A DNA stretch of 29,653 bases from Candidatus Altarchaeum sp. GTDB taxonomy: Archaea > Altiarchaeota > Altiarchaeia > Altiarchaeales > Altiarchaeaceae. The position numbers and the translations under genes were made by a program. The DNA is taken from NCBI GenBank assembly GCA_018260615.1, contig JAGWDQ010000109.1, positions 1 to 29,653 on the forward strand, read 5' to 3'. The notes beneath the pieces are model-generated. The model did no database searches. It worked only from the letters and a program-made list of their open reading frames with translations, and had not been told where the DNA came from. Position 1 is the stretch's first letter, and each line of letters opens with the position of its first letter. Positions 25,627 to 29,653 of the stretch are shown here, piece by piece.

Positions 25627-26577
25627 TTATTCCTTCCAGACAACAAATTTCAAAATTATTGCTGTTTTTTCTTTTCCTTTTGCTAATGTCTTAACCATTT
25701 CTTTATTTAAATCAACTGCTGCTTTATCCGCCATTATGGCAATAGTTCGGTCATCTGTAAATTTACTTTTCCTTACAACGATATCTTCTTCATTCGTTAA
25801 AATTAAATTTTCACTGCCTCTCGCATTGATTTCTTCTCTAAATTGAGCGCAACTTATAAAAATTTTTACGAATGAGTTTGCATGCTTTAATGTTTCTTTA
25901 AATTTCTCCGAAAAACCAGCAACCGACTTATCGGCATTAACTCCGATTATGCAGTCGCCTTTTTTTGTTAAATGGTCATCTTTTGTAACTTCAAAGGTCA
26001 TTTTATGTCCGGAAAGCACATTTTCATGCCCGTAAGCATGCAATTCTTCACAAATCCCCGCATAAAATTCGCCGAATAAATTTTCAATATCTTTCTTTAC
26101 TCTTTCATTAATTTCAACCATTACAATTCCTTCATTTGGCTGTCCGTAAAACAAAAGTGTGTTCGGCGGACAAAATTTAACGCATGGAATAACAAATAAA
26201 TCCTCCTCACCATCAACAAAAATTAACGAGTGTTTAAAATTTAAGGCATCCTTTACAATTTCAAAGGCATCTTCCGTAAGCATTCCCGCAGGATTCCACA
26301 CGGAAAATTCATTGCCTTTGAAATTTTCCAGATTTTTCTCACTCTCATCGTAGTCCTTTCTTAATGTCTTATTGTCATACACACATAAATGGACATCCCA
26401 TCCGTCGCCTAACATTGAATTGCTGACAACATCACCGACACAGATAATAAATTTATTCTTAAATTTACCTTCAAATTTCTCTTTAAATTTTCCCAGTTCC
26501 TCAATGTTTTTGAATAATTTTCCGTAAGGGGTCTTAAATTTCTCCCTTATGCTATCTGGCAAAATAAAGACATTCAT
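25627..26577 (-). CDS. Fusion of DUF359 (GTP-dependent dephospho-CoA kinase) and DUF371
   Basis: N-half: K.PYG, ICVGDVV, YDNKT.R, NPAGMLT, VDGEEDL, YGQPNEG. C-half: AYGHENV...H..TFEVTKD.HLT.KGDCIIGV.ADK, VVRKS.F.D.RT. Confidence 0.88.
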   Translation of the reverse strand: MNVFILPDSIREKFKTPYGKLFKNIEELGKFKEKFEGKFKNKFIICVGDVVSNSMLGDGWDVHLCVYDNKTLRKDYDESEKNLENFKGNEFSVWNPAGMLTEDAFEIVKDALNFKHSLIFVDGEEDLFVIPCVKFCPPNTLLFYGQPNEGIVMVEINERVKKDIENLFGEFYAGICEELHAYGHENVLSGHKMTFEVTKDDHLTKKGDCIIGVNADKSVAGFSEKFKETLKHANSFVKIFISCAQFREEINARGSENLILTNEEDIVVRKSKFTDDRTIAIMADKAAVDLNKEMVKTLAKGKEKTAIILKFVVWKE

Positions 26578-26606
26578 TTCAAAAAAATAAAATTTAAATT
26601 AAAAAA

Positions 26607-26842
26607 GGCAGCAGTTGTAATCCACCTTCTGTTTTTTGGGAATTTGTCTGAGCGGCAAATTTGCCTTGCACCCTCAGCATTATGTTCGTTTCACAAAATT
26701 TAATGCATCGTCGGAAGAACCTCATTCTCATTTGCACTAAATTGTCTCGTCTCTGTACCACAATGGAACCGTTTCCGGCTTTTTCTGATTAACGGGTGGG
26801 CGGAATTTCCTTTGCTTTCGCAATCCTCCCACAACTGCTACC
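26607..26842 (-). ncRNA. rnpB: RNase P RNA, 236 nt, type M-like
   Basis: P1 GGUAGCAGUUGU/ACAACUGCUGCC, CR-I AGGAAAUUCCGCCCAC, CR-II ACAGAGAC, CR-III UGAAACG, CR-IV GGGUGCAAG, CR-V ACAGAAGGUGGA. Confidence 0.92.
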
Positions 26843-26973
26843 TGTAAAGAATTAGGATTATAAACTTTAAAATTTAAAAATTGGAAATTTCTAATTTATC
26901 TCTTCAAGATTTTTATCCAGGATTAAGATCTGTTCATCTAAATAATATAGATTTGTATTAATATAGATTTGTA

Positions 26974-27717
26974 TTATTTCTTTACAAATTCCTTCAACAA
27001 TTCAAAATTTTTTGTTATACTCGTGCCTATCAGCAAAGCATCGGCGTATTTTAATGCAGCCCGGACATCTTCTTTATTTTCAATCCCGCTTTCTGCAACA
27101 ACAATCCTGTTTTCCCTGTTTTTTATCTTTTCGGAGAGTTCTAATTTATTTGTGTCAATTGCAAAATTTTCCAGATTTCTCGTATTTATTCCGACAATAT
27201 TTGCATCGCCGATAAATTTCAAATCCCCCTCATCATGAACTTCAACGATACATTCCATATTTAATTTTCCCGCAATTTCCAGAAATTTACATGTTTTTTC
27301 CTTCAAAACACCTGCTATTAACAAAATTGCATCCGCCCCGTAAATATAACTTTCATAAATCTGTATTTCATCAATTATAAAATCCTTACGGAGTAAAGGA
27401 AGACCTATTCTGTCACTTTTGTTGTCTTTAAATTTCAAATCCCGCAATCTCATTAAATTTTTTATGTCCCCTTCAAAATTTTTGTCCGTCAATATCGACA
27501 ACGCACACGCCCCGTAATCCCGAAAAATTTTTGCCGTTTCTATTACATCAACATCTTTTATTGCCCCGAATTTAGGACTTTTTCTCTTTATTTCGGCAAT
27601 AACAGGAATCCTGTCTTTTGATGCATCTTTTATTGCTTTACTTAATGAAGACCTGAATTTTTGCTTTTCTAATTCCTTTCTTTTTTCGTCAATGATTTTT
27701 AAGAGTAAATTTTCCAT
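26974..27717 (-). CDS. trpC: Indole-3-glycerol phosphate synthase
   Basis: VIAEIKRKSP, LSILTD..F.G, LLRKDFII, GADAILLI, IVEVH, VGINTRNL, VAESGI and ALLIGTS motifs. Confidence 0.94.
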   Translation of the reverse strand: MENLLLKIIDEKRKELEKQKFRSSLSKAIKDASKDRIPVIAEIKRKSPKFGAIKDVDVIETAKIFRDYGACALSILTDKNFEGDIKNLMRLRDLKFKDNKSDRIGLPLLRKDFIIDEIQIYESYIYGADAILLIAGVLKEKTCKFLEIAGKLNMECIVEVHDEGDLKFIGDANIVGINTRNLENFAIDTNKLELSEKIKNRENRIVVAESGIENKEDVRAALKYADALLIGTSITKNFELLKEFVKK

Positions 27718-27718
27718 T

Positions 27719-28600
27719 TTATAATATTGCCTTAATATATCCCGGGTTCGGTTCGTAAAAGTATCCCATTTCCATTAATTCGTAAATTTTATCTGTAATA
27801 TTGATATTTTTTAAAGAAGAAAATTTTTCATTTTTTGACAATTCGCTGACAACTTCTTCAATTCCGATAAGATTATCTTTCTTGTCTTTTGTTAAATTTT
27901 CAACAAATCGGACAATTGCCAGATTAATTTCTCTTTGTTTTTTGTATTCCGTCTCACTCATTTCAAACACACCTTCAACAAATACATCTTCACCTTCCTT
28001 TGAAATTTCCAAAGGAACCGGTGGAATTTCAGAACTTACCGGTGAAATTTCTTCTTTTGTCATTGTTTCCTTTTCATCCGTCTTTGGCGTGATTTTTTCC
28101 ATCTTCGGCAATGGTTTTTCAGTTATTTTTTCTTTACTTATCTCTTCTTTTTCTTTTTCGGACTTCTTATTTTTCCCGTTAAATTTCTCAGTTAAATGTA
28201 CCAGTCCTTTTTTTCTTATTTCGTGAAATTTTTCATAAATTTGTTTTGTAACCTCAATTACGCTGTAATCCTGATTTGCGTTTAAATAAATTGCCCCTTT
28301 GTAAAAAGGATTTGCATATATCAATAAATAAATTTCTTTGTTTCCTTCGGAAAATTTTTGTAAAACATTAACCGCATCCTCTAAAGCCCTTTCATTAAAT
28401 GTCCCCGCAGTGATGACAAAATTTTCACCGTCATTTAAGGTCAGCATAACTCCGAATTTTGTTCTCTTGCAGTCAACAACATTTCCGCACATTGCCAATG
28501 TATCACAGATTCCAAATTTCATCTGCAATAAATTTTTGCTGCCTTTCCTAATATATTTTGCATCTTTTAAGTCCGCAGATGCACAAAACAGGACATACAT
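27719..28600 (-). CDS. RPA32-like OB-fold protein with C-terminal winged helix
   Basis: N-terminal OB-like strands, a charged/proline-rich linker and a C-terminal IYELMEMGYFYEPNPGYIK wHTH signature. Confidence 0.65.
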   Translation of the reverse strand: MYVLFCASADLKDAKYIRKGSKNLLQMKFGICDTLAMCGNVVDCKRTKFGVMLTLNDGENFVITAGTFNERALEDAVNVLQKFSEGNKEIYLLIYANPFYKGAIYLNANQDYSVIEVTKQIYEKFHEIRKKGLVHLTEKFNGKNKKSEKEKEEISKEKITEKPLPKMEKITPKTDEKETMTKEEISPVSSEIPPVPLEISKEGEDVFVEGVFEMSETEYKKQREINLAIVRFVENLTKDKKDNLIGIEEVVSELSKNEKFSSLKNINITDKIYELMEMGYFYEPNPGYIKAIL

Positions 28601-28702
28601 TTTTTAATTTTGCTTTATAAATTATTAATTTATAAATTATTAATGTCAAAATACTAATTTAAAAGATAAATTTAAAATTTAAAATTAATACATTAATTTA
28701 AA

Positions 28703-29428
28703 ATGGCAAAAGCATTCGGAAAAAAAGATAAGTGGAAATTAAAGAAAAAGTATAAAATTATACTTCCGGAAAAATTCGGATCCAAGGAGATGGGCTTGGT
28801 TCTTTCATCGGACCCTGGAAATTTAATTAACAGAAAAGTTAAGTACTCTATCAGAGATATTACCCAGGATAAACAAAAACAGCATGTAAATGTAACCTTT
28901 AAGATCTGCGAAGTAAAAGGAGACAGGGCATTGACTGTGTTTGATACATTAAAAGTAGACAGGAAATATTTAATGAGCAGGATTGTCCCGGGGCATACGG
29001 TAATAGATCAGCCATTCATTCTTAAATTAAAGGATGCTGATATGATGGTTGCCGTGAATGTACTTACCGCATATAAAATTCATACATCCCAAAAGGGGGA
29101 TATGATAAAAAGAATACCTGTGGTTTTAAATTACTATAAAAACGAGGGAATACATAATTTTTTGGAACTCGTTATTTCCGGAAGGACGAATGTTGAAATT
29201 TTTAAAAATTTAAAGACAATTGCACCTGTAAGAAGGGTTGAAATAAGAAATATGGAAACTCTGAAATTAAGGCCGATTGCTGAAACAACAGAAACAATAA
29301 CTCCCGAAACACCAGCAACTCCCGTGCAGGAAAATTTACCTTCCGAAACACCGCAGCCATCAGGTAATCAACAATCAGCACAGGCGCCATCCGAGCAACA
29401 ACCGCAACAACCGGCAAAGACAGCATAA
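28703..29428 (+). CDS. rps3ae: 30S ribosomal protein S3Ae (eS1) with P/Q/T/E-rich tail
   Basis: KDKWKLKKKYKIILP..FG, NRKV...I.DIT.D and I.P.RRVEIR motifs. Confidence 0.92.
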   Translation: MAKAFGKKDKWKLKKKYKIILPEKFGSKEMGLVLSSDPGNLINRKVKYSIRDITQDKQKQHVNVTFKICEVKGDRALTVFDTLKVDRKYLMSRIVPGHTVIDQPFILKLKDADMMVAVNVLTAYKIHTSQKGDMIKRIPVVLNYYKNEGIHNFLELVISGRTNVEIFKNLKTIAPVRRVEIRNMETLKLRPIAETTETITPETPATPVQENLPSETPQPSGNQQSAQAPSEQQPQQPAKTA

Positions 29429-29496
29429 AAGACATATTGGTTTCTCGTACTGAACAAAAATTCTTTGGATATTTGAATTTGAAATTTTTAACTTTC

Positions 29497-29653
29497 TTTT
29501 TTATCGTACAGGAAAGTTCGTTTTATTAGTTCCTAACCTCGCTAACGCTCGGATATTTTCAAAACTCTGCGTTTTGAAAATCGCACCAAGACACAGGGAC
29601 ACAAAGTGATAGATACTGAAAATTCTTTGAGAATTTTCAATCTTTAAAAATCT
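29497..29653. repeat. Composite repeat module paralogous to 4333-4485
   Basis: 31-bp core identical to 4333-4363, then a family B insert, a family A arm (caccaagacacagggacacaaag) and the AT hairpin unit in reverse orientation. Confidence 0.85.

Noticed and set aside
26944-26975. 16-bp tandem duplication (taatatagatttgtat x2) after trpC
   Set aside because: A simple local duplication with no further structure.
1233-29435. Numerous short antisense or overlapping ORFs in the track (e.g. 1233-1499, 6768-7052, 13841-14227, 27801-28226, 29202-29435)
   Set aside because: They are shadows of well-supported genes on the other strand or frame and have no family motifs.

Overview
AT-rich archaeal chromosomal window. 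The gene content (fwdDB, wtpABC, TFB, eS1/eS24/eS31, archaeal ValRS, ABCE1) and style suggest a Ca. Altiarchaeum-like lineage; this is inference only. Housekeeping genes are interleaved with accessory DNA: a ThaI-like type II R-M pair, two small-gene-array + PIN loci, a decayed DUF4258/YgiT toxin-antitoxin pair, a GxxExxY cassette, several REP/MITE-like repeat families and duplicated gene 3' ends. Top observations: (1) an intact TnpB in a 1334-bp transposase-less element with terminal inverted repeats (GGTAGTGATAAA) and a perfect 8-bp target-site duplication (AAACATAA). This is DDE (IS1/IS1595-like) architecture, not IS200/IS605 or IS607, and parallels eukaryotic Fanzor1. (2) TFB has a ~210-aa non-intein insertion splitting its zinc ribbon, apparently built from the same YLF...KLNVY-type module inserted in the neighbouring rhomboid protease. 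(3) A 236-nt type M-like RNase P RNA not shown in the ORF track. (4) A 72-bp MITE whose empty site is preserved in a tandem paralog. All calls are from manual reading; no searches were run.
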